A DNA stretch of 64,000 bases from an uncultured Chloroflexia bacterium. Lineage in GTDB: Bacteria; Chloroflexota; Limnocylindria; Limnocylindrales; CSP1-4. The notes beneath the pieces were generated by a model. The model saw only the letters and a program-made list of their open reading frames with translations, was not told where the DNA came from and ran no database searches. The position numbers were made by a program, and so were the translations under genes. The DNA lies in the NCBI GenBank assembly GCA_963763775.1, contig CAVXPZ010000003.1, forward strand, positions 128,001 to 192,000, given 5' to 3'. This document shows, piece after piece, positions 31,825-41,671 of this stretch. Positions within the stretch are counted from its first letter, which is position 1. Each line of letters starts with the position of its first letter.

Positions 31825-32285
31825 TCGAGATCCTGCTCCAGGCCGAGCGGGCGCTCGAGATGGGACGCATCGATGTGGCCGAGTCGCTCTACCACCAGGT
31901 CGCGGACAACGACCCGAGGAATGCGATCGCCGTGGTCGGCCTCGCGCGTGTCGCGCTCGAGCGCGACGACCAGGCGGAAGCCCTCAGCCTGGCGCGACGC
32001 GCCCTGCTGATCGACCCGGAGAATGCCGCCGCGGTCCGGATGGTCGCGCGGCTCGAAGAGGTGTACGCCTACCGAGGCGAGTCGATACCGGCCCCCGCCC
32101 GGTCGACACCGGCCCCGGCCGAGCCGTCCGAGGCGACGAGGCTGGCCGCCGACGAGCCGCCTGCGGCCGAGCCGCCAGCGCCCATGGAGATGCCGCCCGA
32201 GATCATGGCGGCTCCCCCGACCCCGCCGGCACCACCCAAGCCGCGTCGAACCTGGCTCGACCGTCTCCTGCGTCGCAACCGGTAG
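31821..32285 (+). CDS. Tetratricopeptide repeat protein
   Basis: AESLYHQVADNDPRNAIAVVGLARV and ALSLARRALLIDPENAAA, plus a Pro-rich tail. Confidence 0.75.
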   Translation: MIEILLQAERALEMGRIDVAESLYHQVADNDPRNAIAVVGLARVALERDDQAEALSLARRALLIDPENAAAVRMVARLEEVYAYRGESIPAPARSTPAPAEPSEATRLAADEPPAAEPPAPMEMPPEIMAAPPTPPAPPKPRRTWLDRLLRRNR

Positions 32286-32301
32286 CCGCTACCATCGCCG
32301 C

Positions 32302-33297
32302 ATGACCCGCATCCTCGTCACCGGCGGTGCCGGCTACGTCGGCTCGGTCTCGGCGGCCGCGTTCGCGGCGGCCGGCCACGACGTCACCGTGCTCGACGAC
32401 CTCACGACGGGCCATCGCGCTGCCGTCCCGGTGCACGCCCGCCTGTTCGAGGGCTCGTACACGGACAAGGACGCGACCGCGCAGCTCCTCGTGCAGGAAG
32501 GGATCGAGGCCATCCTGCACTGCGCCGCCCGATCGCTCGTCGGCGAATTGATCGCCGATCCGGCCAAGTACTACCGCGACAACGTCGCCGGCGGCGTGGC
32601 GCTGCTCGAAGCGGCTCGCGAGGCCGGCGTCGGGCGGGTGGTGTTCTCGTCGTCGGCTGCCGTGTACGGCACGCCCGACGCGACCCCGATCACCGAGGAC
32701 GCGCCGCAACGGCCGATCAACCCCTACGGCGAGACCAAGCGAACGTTCGAGGGTGCGCTGCGGTGGTACGGCCAGGCGTACGGCCTTCGCGCCGTGAGCC
32801 TTCGCTACTTCAACGTCGCCGGCGCCACCGAGGACCACGGCGAGGACCACGACCCGGAGTCACACCTCATCCCGAACGTGCTCGCGGCCGCCGCCGGCGA
32901 GCGCGACCTCACCGTCTTCGGCGACGACTATCCGACGCCCGACGGGACCTGCATCCGCGACTACATCCATGTCGCGGACCTGGCGACCGCGCACCTGCTC
33001 GCGATCGAGGCGACGACCCCCGGCGATCCACGGACCGACGCCTACCTGGCGTGCAACCTCGGGGTCGGCGGCGGGTTCTCGATCCGCGAGGTCGTCGCGG
33101 CCGCCGAGCGCGCCGTCGGCCACCCGATCCCGTTCACCCTGGGCACACGGCGCGCCGGCGACCCGCCGATCCTGGTGGCCTCATCGGAACGGGCGAGCAC
33201 GGTCCTCGGCTGGCGCCCGGCGCATCCGTCCCTCGACGACATGGTCGGATCGGCGTGGGCCTGGCGACAGCGGCACCCGGGCGGCTACGGAGCCTGA
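32302..33297 (+). CDS. galE: UDP-glucose 4-epimerase
   Basis: ILVTGGAGYVGS, FSSSAAVYG, NPYGETK, LRYFNVAGA, DGTCIRDYIHV. Confidence 0.95.
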   Translation: MTRILVTGGAGYVGSVSAAAFAAAGHDVTVLDDLTTGHRAAVPVHARLFEGSYTDKDATAQLLVQEGIEAILHCAARSLVGELIADPAKYYRDNVAGGVALLEAAREAGVGRVVFSSSAAVYGTPDATPITEDAPQRPINPYGETKRTFEGALRWYGQAYGLRAVSLRYFNVAGATEDHGEDHDPESHLIPNVLAAAAGERDLTVFGDDYPTPDGTCIRDYIHVADLATAHLLAIEATTPGDPRTDAYLACNLGVGGGFSIREVVAAAERAVGHPIPFTLGTRRAGDPPILVASSERASTVLGWRPAHPSLDDMVGSAWAWRQRHPGGYGA

Positions 33298-34565
33298 GCG
33301 GGTCCCTCGACCGCGCGCTGCCATTCAGGGACGTCGGTCGCGGGGAGATCGAGCTTCTGATCCGGCTTGACGCCGTCCAGGTCGAGTAGCCAAAGCGTCT
33401 GTTCGGACGGGTAGTACGCCAGCACCGACGACCCATCCGGAGAGAACCTCGTGTTGGGCGTGGCATTCTCCGTCAGCCTTGGACCGATGTCGATCGGCGT
33501 GCCGCCCTCGACCGGCACGACACTCAATGACAGGTACTCCGGCATGAAGCGGTAGAAGATGATCCGCTTGTCGTCCGGCGACAGTTGGGGGATCTCGTGG
33601 TTCTCCCCGAGGCCCGCGCTGACGGTCACGGGGACGTCGTGCTCGATGCCGGTCGCGATGTCGAGCAGCCGGATCCGACCGGGTTTGCCGGCGGCGAGAT
33701 CCCACTGGTGGTAGACGAGCTGACGGCCATCACCGGAGACATAGGGGGCAAACCAGGTCCCTTCGTCCGAGGAATAGGCCGTGATCTGCTTGAGGTGGGA
33801 TCCGTCCGCATCGACCGTGTAGATCGCGTAGTTGACGGCTCCACCGACCAGGCTCGTGCCTTTGAAGATGAACCCGCCGCCCGGGAGATACCAGAAATTC
33901 TGGGGCCGCACTTCGAGATCCAGAGTTCGAGCGCCGGAGCCATCGGCCTCGAGGACCGAGATCGCCGGCGATCCATCACGGTCCGCGATGATCGCGACCT
34001 GGCGCCCGTCAGGCGACCAATCCTGCTCGGCGAAGCCCGTGTATGTGCCGACCAATGGGTGGACGTCCGAGCCGTCCGCCCCGGCGACGAACACGCGCTG
34101 GCTCCCGTCCGAGACGAGACGTTCGAACACGATGTGTCGGCCGTCGCGGGACGGCAGCGGCGACGAGTCTTCCTCCGGGCCGCTGGAGATGGCTCGTGGC
34201 GTTCCAGTGGCAGAGTCGACGGCGTAGACGTCGCCGCCCGACGCGTAGATGAAGGAGCCGTTCGCCGCCGGTCCGAACGGTGCCGGAAGCGGAGCCGGGC
34301 GAGTGCCGATGTACGCCACCGCGAGCGCCGCGATGAGCAACGCGATGATCACGAGGAGCGCCAACGAGCGCGGTCGCCCACGGCTCGGGGCGCGAGCGAT
34401 GGTCAGATCCACAGGGAGCCACCTTTCGGGGAAGCGCCAGACGGGCCGCTGCCGCATACGGGCGGTCTGTCCGACGACGTCATCTCGGTAGTCGGGGGTC
34501 GCCATCGGCGCGAGCTGCGCCAGGAGACCGGGAAGGTCGCGCTCGAAGCGCTGTTCGGAGGTCAT
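33285..34565 (-). CDS. Putative membrane anti-sigma factor with TolB-like (PD40) beta-propeller
   Basis: Coupled to the sigma gene; short N-terminus plus TM; repeated SRDGRHI, WSPDGRQV, SGDGRQL, LSPDDKRI, FSPDGSSV. Confidence 0.75.
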   Translation of the reverse strand: MTSEQRFERDLPGLLAQLAPMATPDYRDDVVGQTARMRQRPVWRFPERWLPVDLTIARAPSRGRPRSLALLVIIALLIAALAVAYIGTRPAPLPAPFGPAANGSFIYASGGDVYAVDSATGTPRAISSGPEEDSSPLPSRDGRHIVFERLVSDGSQRVFVAGADGSDVHPLVGTYTGFAEQDWSPDGRQVAIIADRDGSPAISVLEADGSGARTLDLEVRPQNFWYLPGGGFIFKGTSLVGGAVNYAIYTVDADGSHLKQITAYSSDEGTWFAPYVSGDGRQLVYHQWDLAAGKPGRIRLLDIATGIEHDVPVTVSAGLGENHEIPQLSPDDKRIIFYRFMPEYLSLSVVPVEGGTPIDIGPRLTENATPNTRFSPDGSSVLAYYPSEQTLWLLDLDGVKPDQKLDLPATDVPEWQRAVEGPAQAP

Positions 34566-35125
34566 GCCGGATGTCCTCCCGCGAAGGGCGCGGCCGCGGC
34601 GGCCGGCTCGCCGACCACCGAGGCGCGCATCGCCTTGAGCGCGTAGTACAGGCGGGATTGGGCCGTTCCGTAGGGGATGCCGATGGCGGCGGCCACCTCG
34701 TGGAGCGGCATGCCGAGGTAGTAGTGCAGGACGACGACCGCACGGTGCCCGGGATCGAGCCGCCGAAGCGCGACGTCAAGCAATTCGCGGTCGGCCACGT
34801 CACCGGCCATGTCCGTCACCGCCGGTGCATCGATGGGTTCGAGATCCACCTCGACCACGCGCCGGCTTCGACGCCGGGCGAGGTCGAGACACGAGTTCAC
34901 GGTGATGCGATGGAGCCAGGCATCGAACCGATCCGGGTCACGCAGGCCTGGGAAGTCGCGCCAGGCTCGGATCAAAGCCTCCTGGACCGCGTCGCGCGCG
35001 AGCTCCGGGTCCCGAAGGATGAGGCGAGCCGCGGAGTCCAGCCGCGCGATCGAGACGTCGACGAGCACGGTGAAGGCGTCATGATCGCCGTCCCTCGCGC
35101 GTTCGACGAGCCGTCGCTGGTCCAC
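34562..35125 (-). CDS. ECF RNA polymerase sigma factor
   Basis: GDHDAF, ARDAVQEALIRAW, LRDPDRFDAWLHR, GTAQSRLYYA; clear paralog of 16634..17185. Confidence 0.93.
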   Translation of the reverse strand: MDQRRLVERARDGDHDAFTVLVDVSIARLDSAARLILRDPELARDAVQEALIRAWRDFPGLRDPDRFDAWLHRITVNSCLDLARRRSRRVVEVDLEPIDAPAVTDMAGDVADRELLDVALRRLDPGHRAVVVLHYYLGMPLHEVAAAIGIPYGTAQSRLYYALKAMRASVVGEPAAAAAPFAGGHPA

Positions 35126-35432
35126 ATCTCGCCTCGTACTGGCACGCCGACGTGGTCGTGCTCACAAAGGTATGGCGTGGAGCCCGCGCGAATCATTCAT
35201 CGCCGCTTCGAATGGGTCGCTGGCGACCGCCCTGAGGCGCGAAGGGATGGGCCTGGTTTGATGGCGACGGTCCGCTTGGTCTGCATCGTGCCGCCGTCAG
35301 GCATGAAGGTTCTTGGACTCGAGCGAGTCGTCGGGGTCACGACCGCCGACGAACGCGATCCTGGACGGGCCGGCCAGCCCGATCCAGCAGCGCGATCCAG
35401 CGGGCTCGATCGGCCACTGCCGGCTCGGTTGC

Positions 35433-35588
35433 TTCTCGCGTAGTCACCAGACGGGCCCTGTGCGCCCCTCGGACGGTCATCGCTTCTTGCCTAGTCCTCA
35501 GGTGACTATCTGGGATGCAGATCGCCCGATTCCGGGCCGATCCGGCTCAAGTCGCCCACACAGGGGTCGGCTGGTGACTATCCGGGAA
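35433..35588. repeat. Imperfect inverted repeat with an internal partial direct copy, REP/MITE-like
   Basis: TAGTCACCAG (35441-35450) / CTGGTGACTA (35571-35580) within arms of about 32 bp. GGTGACTATCTGGGA (35501) vs GGTGACTATCCGGGA (35573). Confidence 0.7.
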
Positions 35589-35691
35589 GTGCCGGGTCCG
35601 CTCGAGGCGATCTCGGCCCGACGCGGGCCCGGGCCCGCGTGCGCCCCGGCCGCGCCCGGTCCCCGCCGACCCGAGCATCAGCCGCGATCCC

Positions 35692-37056
35692 CTAGCGCGG
35701 CTCCATCGGGCCACCGGCCGGGGCCAGTCGTTCCGGCGGCGTCGGGTGCCCGTGGAAGGCGATGTCGCCCTCTCCGCTGCCGGCCCAATCGTCGCGGACC
35801 GGCCAGATCAGCCACAGGCCGATGAGCATCGTGACGAGCAGGCTGAGCACGGCGACCTGGTACGCGAAGTTCCCCGCCGCCTCGAGCAGGAGGAAGATGA
35901 TCAGGCCGTACAGCAGCTGCCCGACGACTTGCGAACCCTTCCCCACCAACCCGTACAGGCCGAAGAACTCGCCCAGCCGCTCGGGCGGTGAGAGCCGGAC
36001 CATGAGCACGCGGTCCGCGACGGTCACGCCGCCGAGGCCACTGCCGAGGATGGCGCCGGCGATCAGGAACGGGATCAGTCCACTCGACCCGAACCCGAGC
36101 GAGATCCCACCGATCACGAGGCCCACCGCCCACGAGATCAGCACCACCACCAGTGTCCACTTCGGGCCGCGCCGGTCGCACAGCCAGCCCCACACGAAGC
36201 TCATGAAGATCGCCACGAACGTGAGCCCGAGCAGGATCACATTCGCGGTCGCCGCCGAGACCCCGAGGACCTCGACCGTGACGATGCTCATCACGACGAT
36301 CACCGTGTTCACGGCATCGCTGTAGAAGAACCGTCCGACAAGGAACCGGCCCAGCCCCGGCACCTCGCGCGCATGCGCGATCGACCGGCGCAGCTGGCTG
36401 AAGGACTCGAGCAGGGTTCGCGCCGTGAACGGTTCGTCAGCACGGACCTTCGGCTCGCGCACGACGAGGAAGATCGGGATCGCGAAGAGCAGGAAGAGGA
36501 TCGCGGAGAGGCGGAACCGGTCGACGACCGGCACTTCCAAGGCGAAGATCAGGAGGCCGACGAACACGGTCCCCATGTACCCGACGGCGGTCCCGATCCC
36601 GGAGAGCTTGCCGCGGGTCTCGGGGTAGCTGACCGTCTTGAGCGTCGCGTCGTAATAGATGAGCGCGGCCTGGTACGCGAAGTTGGCCACGATGAACAGG
36701 GCGAGGCCGACGATCGGTGGCGGCCCGGCGATGAAGAACGTCGCCACGATGCACAGGACCGTGAACCCCAGCAGGTACGGCATCCGCCGTCCGCCACGGT
36801 CCGAGATCGCGCCGAGGACCGGCGACACGAGGGCGTTGATGCCGACGCTGATGACGATCGCGAGCGAGAAGAGCAGGTTGCCGTCGCGCTCGCCGAACTG
36901 GTCGTCGCTGACGAGATACAGCCCGATCGCCCCCGACACCACCGCGAAGCTGAAGATCGTGTTCGCGAAGTCGTACAGGGACCAGCCGATGGGCACCACC
37001 GCCCGGCCGCTCGGCGTCAGGCCCGCGAGACCGCCGGGACGGGTTGGGCTCGTCAC
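35692..37056 (-). CDS. MFS transporter (UMF1/Atg22-like)
   Basis: WSLYDFANTIF, SPVLGAISDRGGRR, FFYSDAVNTV, GEFFGLYGLVGK; about 12 TM. Confidence 0.9.
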   Translation of the reverse strand: MTSPTRPGGLAGLTPSGRAVVPIGWSLYDFANTIFSFAVVSGAIGLYLVSDDQFGERDGNLLFSLAIVISVGINALVSPVLGAISDRGGRRMPYLLGFTVLCIVATFFIAGPPPIVGLALFIVANFAYQAALIYYDATLKTVSYPETRGKLSGIGTAVGYMGTVFVGLLIFALEVPVVDRFRLSAILFLLFAIPIFLVVREPKVRADEPFTARTLLESFSQLRRSIAHAREVPGLGRFLVGRFFYSDAVNTVIVVMSIVTVEVLGVSAATANVILLGLTFVAIFMSFVWGWLCDRRGPKWTLVVVLISWAVGLVIGGISLGFGSSGLIPFLIAGAILGSGLGGVTVADRVLMVRLSPPERLGEFFGLYGLVGKGSQVVGQLLYGLIIFLLLEAAGNFAYQVAVLSLLVTMLIGLWLIWPVRDDWAGSGEGDIAFHGHPTPPERLAPAGGPMEPR

Positions 37057-37078
37057 CGCGCGATGATAGTCGTCTAGG

Positions 37079-37783
37079 ATGCGCTCGATGACGACCGCAA
37101 CCGCCCTGGCGATCGTTCGCGACATCCGGCCGCAGCGCTTCGGCGAGACCGCCCCCGGACGGATCGACAACCCCGTCGTGGAGCCGCTCTGGGCGGGGAT
37201 CCGCGTGCTGGCCGCCGTCGCCGGCGACGCGTCCGCGGTGGTCGACGAGACCGGCGAACCGATCGTCGACCAGCTCATGATCGAAGCGAGCCTGCGGGCC
37301 GCCGTGGCGGCGGACGAAGTGATCCTCGACGGGTTCCTCACCAAGCAGGTGTCGCACGACGGGACGGGCGTGTACGTCGGGGCACCGGCGCTGCCGGCGA
37401 CCGGGAAGCTCATCGCGCAGTCGATGGTCGGGAGCCGCCGGAACGTCCGAGCCGAGGCCACGGAGCACCTCGAGCGCGAGCACGAGGCGCGCACCTTCGG
37501 TCCCGGCGACACGATCTCGTTCGTCGCGATCGACCTCCTGCACCTCGATGGCCAGCCGCTGCTCGATGTCCCGCTGCTCGAGCGAAAGCGCCTGCTCGAA
37601 GCCGTCGTCAGCGAGGCCGATCTCGTCCGCCGCGGCGCCTACGTGCGACCGCCGATCGAGACCTGGGTCAACTCCTGGCGAGCGTTGGGTTTCACCGGCC
37701 TGAGCTACAAGGCCGCCAACGGGCACTATCAGCCGGGCGGCATCAAGGGCGACTGGGCGACCTCGGCGATGCCCCGCCGCTGA
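37079..37783 (+). CDS. ATP-dependent DNA ligase adenylation-domain-like protein, catalytically degenerate
   Basis: VEPLWAGIR, ILDGFL, FVAIDLLHLDGQPLLDVPLLERKRLL, YKAANGHYQPG...W. Catalytic Lys absent and no OB domain. Confidence 0.7.
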   Translation: MRSMTTATALAIVRDIRPQRFGETAPGRIDNPVVEPLWAGIRVLAAVAGDASAVVDETGEPIVDQLMIEASLRAAVAADEVILDGFLTKQVSHDGTGVYVGAPALPATGKLIAQSMVGSRRNVRAEATEHLEREHEARTFGPGDTISFVAIDLLHLDGQPLLDVPLLERKRLLEAVVSEADLVRRGAYVRPPIETWVNSWRALGFTGLSYKAANGHYQPGGIKGDWATSAMPRR

Positions 37784-37815
37784 CGCCGGCCGTGCGTGGG
37801 TGGTACGGTGGGGAC

Positions 37816-39192
37816 GTGCCCCAGACCGCCTTGACGCCGGCCATCCGCGATGAGATCGCCCGGCTCGGCAAGGCCGACATCATGGTCGGCATCCCGAGTT
37901 TCAAGAACGCCGCGACGATCGGCTACGTCGTGCGCGCGGCCCAGGCCGGGCTCGTCCAGTACTTCCCGGACCTCCGCCCGGTCGTCGTCAATTCGGACGC
38001 TGGATCGCCGGACGGCACGAGCCGCGTGGTCATCGAGACCGAGCCTCCCGACTACGTCGAGCAGATCCTGCTGGTCAGGCCCAGCCACAAGCTCCAGCGC
38101 GTCAGCCTGACCTACCCCGAGATCGAGGGCAGCGGCGGCAAGGGCGCCGCGCTGCGCACGATCTTCGAGATCGCCTCGGCGCTCGAGGTGCAGGCGCTGG
38201 TCGTCGTCGACTCCGACCTGCGCTCGATCGTCCCCGAGTGGATCGAACTCCTCGCCGGCCCGATCCTGAAGGGCGGCTATGACTTCGTCGCCCCGCTGTA
38301 CGCGCGTTACAAGTACGACGGCACGATCACGAACACCGTCACGTACCCACTGACGCGGGCGCTGTACGGCAACCGGATCCGCCAACCGATCGGCGGCGAC
38401 TTCGGCGTCTCGGGCGACCTCGTCAAGCACTACCTCGAGCTCGACGACTGGACGCCGGACATCAGCAAGTTCGGCATCGACATCTGGATGACGACCTCCG
38501 CGCTCGCCGGCGGGTACGCGGTGTGCCAGACGCGGCTCGGTGCCAAGATCCACGACCCCAAGGACCCAGGCTCGGACCTCGGGCCGATGTTCCGCCAGGT
38601 CGTCGGCACGATCCTCCGGCTGGCGGACCGCTATGCCGACCACTGGCTCCCGATCCACGGCAGCCACGACGTCCCGGCGTACGGATTCGAGCGGATCATC
38701 GAGCCGCCGCCGCTCGAGGTGAACACGCTCCGCCTCCTCTCCGAGTTCCACGCCGGGTCGCTGACCCTCGCGGACACGTGGCGCTCGATGCTGGCGCCCG
38801 CGACGGCCGCCACCGTCCTGGAACTCGCGGCCGAGGCCGGGACGCTCGCGGACGCCGCACGCACCAAGCTCGGCATCGGCGGGGACGTGGCCTCCACGGC
38901 GGCCACCACGCTCGAGATGGCCGAGGCGGCCAGCTCGTTCCACTTCCCGGACGACACGTGGGCCCGGGTCGTGTACGACCTCGTCGTCGCAGCGCGCGAC
39001 CCGAAGCCGTCGCTCGAGACGCTGGTCGCGGCGCTCGTCCCGATCTACTTCGGTCGGGTGGGGAGCTTCGTCATCGAGAACCGCCACGTCCCGACGGACG
39101 CCGCCGAGGAGCGCGTCGAGCGCCAGGCCCGCGAGTTCGAACTGCTCAAGCCGTACCTCGTCGAGCGCTGGGAAGCGGCGGGCACGCCGTGA
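37816..39192 (+). CDS. GT2 glycosyltransferase, glucosylglycerate/mannosylglycerate synthase-like
   Basis: DIMVGIPSFKNAATI, SDAGSPDGT, GKGAAL, VVDSDLRSI, RYKYDGTITN, RQPIGGDF, FGIDIWMT, GAKIHD. Confidence 0.8.
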   Translation: MPQTALTPAIRDEIARLGKADIMVGIPSFKNAATIGYVVRAAQAGLVQYFPDLRPVVVNSDAGSPDGTSRVVIETEPPDYVEQILLVRPSHKLQRVSLTYPEIEGSGGKGAALRTIFEIASALEVQALVVVDSDLRSIVPEWIELLAGPILKGGYDFVAPLYARYKYDGTITNTVTYPLTRALYGNRIRQPIGGDFGVSGDLVKHYLELDDWTPDISKFGIDIWMTTSALAGGYAVCQTRLGAKIHDPKDPGSDLGPMFRQVVGTILRLADRYADHWLPIHGSHDVPAYGFERIIEPPPLEVNTLRLLSEFHAGSLTLADTWRSMLAPATAATVLELAAEAGTLADAARTKLGIGGDVASTAATTLEMAEAASSFHFPDDTWARVVYDLVVAARDPKPSLETLVAALVPIYFGRVGSFVIENRHVPTDAAEERVERQAREFELLKPYLVERWEAAGTP

Positions 39193-41147
39193 GCGCGAGG
39201 ACGCCGCTCCCGGCTCGCATCCTCATCCCGGTCGCGAACCCGATGACCGCGGAGGAGCTCATCCGCCTCGGCTCGGCGATGCTCGACCGGCGGAACGGGG
39301 AGATCAGCGCGCTCGGCATCGTGGAGGTGCCCGAAGGGATGCCGCTGTCCGAGGGCGCGACCCGGGCGCGCCACGCCCGCCGGCTCCTCCAGCGCGTCCT
39401 CGACTACGCGCCGGACGGCGTCACGATCCACCCCATCGTCCGGATCGGGCGCCATGCGGCCGAAGGCATCGTCGAGGCCGCCGCCGAGCAGGAGGCCGAC
39501 CTGATCATCTTCGGGTGGGGCGGGCGCACCGCGACGACCCGCTCGGGGGCGGCACGCGCCGATGGCGGTCGGCGCGCGGGCGCGCGCGAGAGCAACGCGC
39601 CGGCGGTCCTCTCACCGACGATCGACGAGGTCGTCCGCGACGCGCCGTGCGACATCGCGGTCATCAAGCAGCGCGGCTCCAAGGACATCAAGCGGATCCT
39701 CGTCCCGGTCCGCGGCGGCCCGCATGCCGAGCTGGCCATCCGCTACGCGGACGCGATCGCCCGCTATCACGACGCGACGGTCGTCGTCCTCCATCTCGTG
39801 CCGCCCGGGATCACGATCGCGGTCCGCGCCCAGGCCGAGCGGGCCCTGGCGGGCTTCGTGAAGCAGCACCTCCACGGCCGGGGAGAAGCGCTGCTGCGCG
39901 AGGCCCCGAACGTCCGGAACGCGATCCTGCGCGAGGCGGAGAAGGCCGATCTCGTCGTGATGGGCGCGTCCGCGCAGACGACCGGCGCCGACGGTGAGGC
40001 GCACCTGTTCGGGGCGCTTCCGGAGGCGGTCGCCGCCCGGGCCAAGCCCTCGGTCGTCGTCGTCCGGACGCGTGAGGCCATCGGGCGCGCGACCTTCGAG
40101 CAGCTCGCGACCCGGGCCGAGACCCTCGCCGCGGCCGATCGTGCCGCCGATGAGGCCCGAGCCGTCCCGGTCCGCGTCGAGCGCTGGTTCGGCGAGTCGA
40201 ACTTCCACCACGCGGAGTTCGCCGACCTCCGGAGGCTCGTCACGCTGAAGGAGAAGCAGGGGCTGACGATCAGCCTGGTCCTGCCCACGCTCGACGAGGA
40301 GGAGACCATCGGGCCGATCGTCCGCAAGGCGATGCGCGAGATGGTCGGCCGCGTCCCACTGCTCGACGAGGTCCTGGTCATCGATTCCGCCTCGACGGAC
40401 CGGACTCGCGAGATCGCCGAGTCCGAGGGCGCCCGCGTCGTCCAGCATCCCGACGTCCTGTCGCGGTACGGCTCGTTCGTCGGCAAGGGCGAGGCGCTCT
40501 GGAAGTCGCTCTACGAGACCTCGGGCGACATCGTCGTGTGGGCCGACACGGACGTCCGGAACTGGCACCCACGGATGGTCTACGGGACGGTGGGGCCGCT
40601 CCTCCACGAGCCGCGACTCCAGTACGTCAAGGGCTACTACCAACGCCCGATCGTCGAGGACGGGATCCTCAAGGAAGGCGGCGGCGGGCGCGTCACGGAG
40701 CTCGTGGCGAGGCCGCTCATCAACCTCTTCTACCCGGAGTTGTCGGGCATGATCCAGCCGCTGTCCGGCGAGTACGCCGGACGACGCGCCCTGCTGGAGC
40801 AGATCCCGTTCTTCACGGGCTACGCCGTCGAGATCGGCCACCTCATCGACGCCGCCGAGCGGCTCGGCATCGAGGGCCTGGGCCAGGTGGACCTCGAGCG
40901 GCGCGTCCACCGCAACCAGGAGCTCGAGGGGCTCTCGCGCATGTCGTTCGTCATCATCCAGGCGGTGATGAAGCGCCTCGAGGAGCGTCGGAAGGCCCGG
41001 CTGTTCGCCGAGATGGGCTCCACCATGAAGCTGCCGCGGTCCGGCCGCGGCCGGTTGTCGCTCGAGGTGATCGAGCTTGCGGACCAGGAGCGTCCGCCGA
41101 TGATCCGCATCCCCGAGTACGTCGAGCGTCGCTCGATCAAGGCGTGA
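39189..41147 (+). CDS. gpgS: Glucosyl-3-phosphoglycerate synthase with two N-terminal universal stress protein domains
   Basis: USP motifs RILIPVAN...DLIIFGW and RILVPVRGGPHA...DLVVMGA. GpgS motifs SLVLPTLDEEETI, GKGEALW, DTD, GGGRVTELVARPL, QPLSGEYA, GYAVEIG, HRNQ. Confidence 0.88.
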   Translation: MSARTPLPARILIPVANPMTAEELIRLGSAMLDRRNGEISALGIVEVPEGMPLSEGATRARHARRLLQRVLDYAPDGVTIHPIVRIGRHAAEGIVEAAAEQEADLIIFGWGGRTATTRSGAARADGGRRAGARESNAPAVLSPTIDEVVRDAPCDIAVIKQRGSKDIKRILVPVRGGPHAELAIRYADAIARYHDATVVVLHLVPPGITIAVRAQAERALAGFVKQHLHGRGEALLREAPNVRNAILREAEKADLVVMGASAQTTGADGEAHLFGALPEAVAARAKPSVVVVRTREAIGRATFEQLATRAETLAAADRAADEARAVPVRVERWFGESNFHHAEFADLRRLVTLKEKQGLTISLVLPTLDEEETIGPIVRKAMREMVGRVPLLDEVLVIDSASTDRTREIAESEGARVVQHPDVLSRYGSFVGKGEALWKSLYETSGDIVVWADTDVRNWHPRMVYGTVGPLLHEPRLQYVKGYYQRPIVEDGILKEGGGGRVTELVARPLINLFYPELSGMIQPLSGEYAGRRALLEQIPFFTGYAVEIGHLIDAAERLGIEGLGQVDLERRVHRNQELEGLSRMSFVIIQAVMKRLEERRKARLFAEMGSTMKLPRSGRGRLSLEVIELADQERPPMIRIPEYVERRSIKA

Positions 41148-41671
41148 GCGCGGCCGTCATCGAGCGCCTCGAGGTCGACGGGTATCGAGCCGCGATCCCG
41201 GAGCTTGCGGCACTCGTCCTCGACGCCGTGGCGAGTGGCGCAGGAGTCAACTTCCTTGATGGCGTCACGACCGAGGAGGCGGCCGCCTGGTGGACCGCAC
41301 GACTCCCCGACATCGCCGACGGCACGACGACGGCGTTCGTGGCACGCGACGCCGACGGCGGGGTCGTCGGCTCGACGCTCCTGATCCGCTCGCGGAATCC
41401 CAACTCCCCGCACCGTGCGGAGATCGGCAAGGTACTCGTGCGGCACGACGCGCGGCGGCTCGGGATCGGTGGGGCGCTCATGACCGCCGCCGAGGTCGAG
41501 GCACGCGCCGACGGACGCTGGCTGCTCATCCTCGACACCGTCACCGGCAGCGCCGCGGACAGGCTCTATCGAGCGATGGGCTGGACCGAGCTCGGCATCG
41601 TCCCGAGCCATTCCCTGCTGCCGAACGGCATGCTGTCCGACACGACGTTCTTCTGGAAGGACCTCCGGTGA
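41144..41671 (+). CDS. GNAT family N-acetyltransferase
   Basis: PNSPHRAEIGKVLVRHDARRLGIGGALM, LILDTVTGSAADRLY. Confidence 0.9.
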   Translation: MSAAVIERLEVDGYRAAIPELAALVLDAVASGAGVNFLDGVTTEEAAAWWTARLPDIADGTTTAFVARDADGGVVGSTLLIRSRNPNSPHRAEIGKVLVRHDARRLGIGGALMTAAEVEARADGRWLLILDTVTGSAADRLYRAMGWTELGIVPSHSLLPNGMLSDTTFFWKDLR

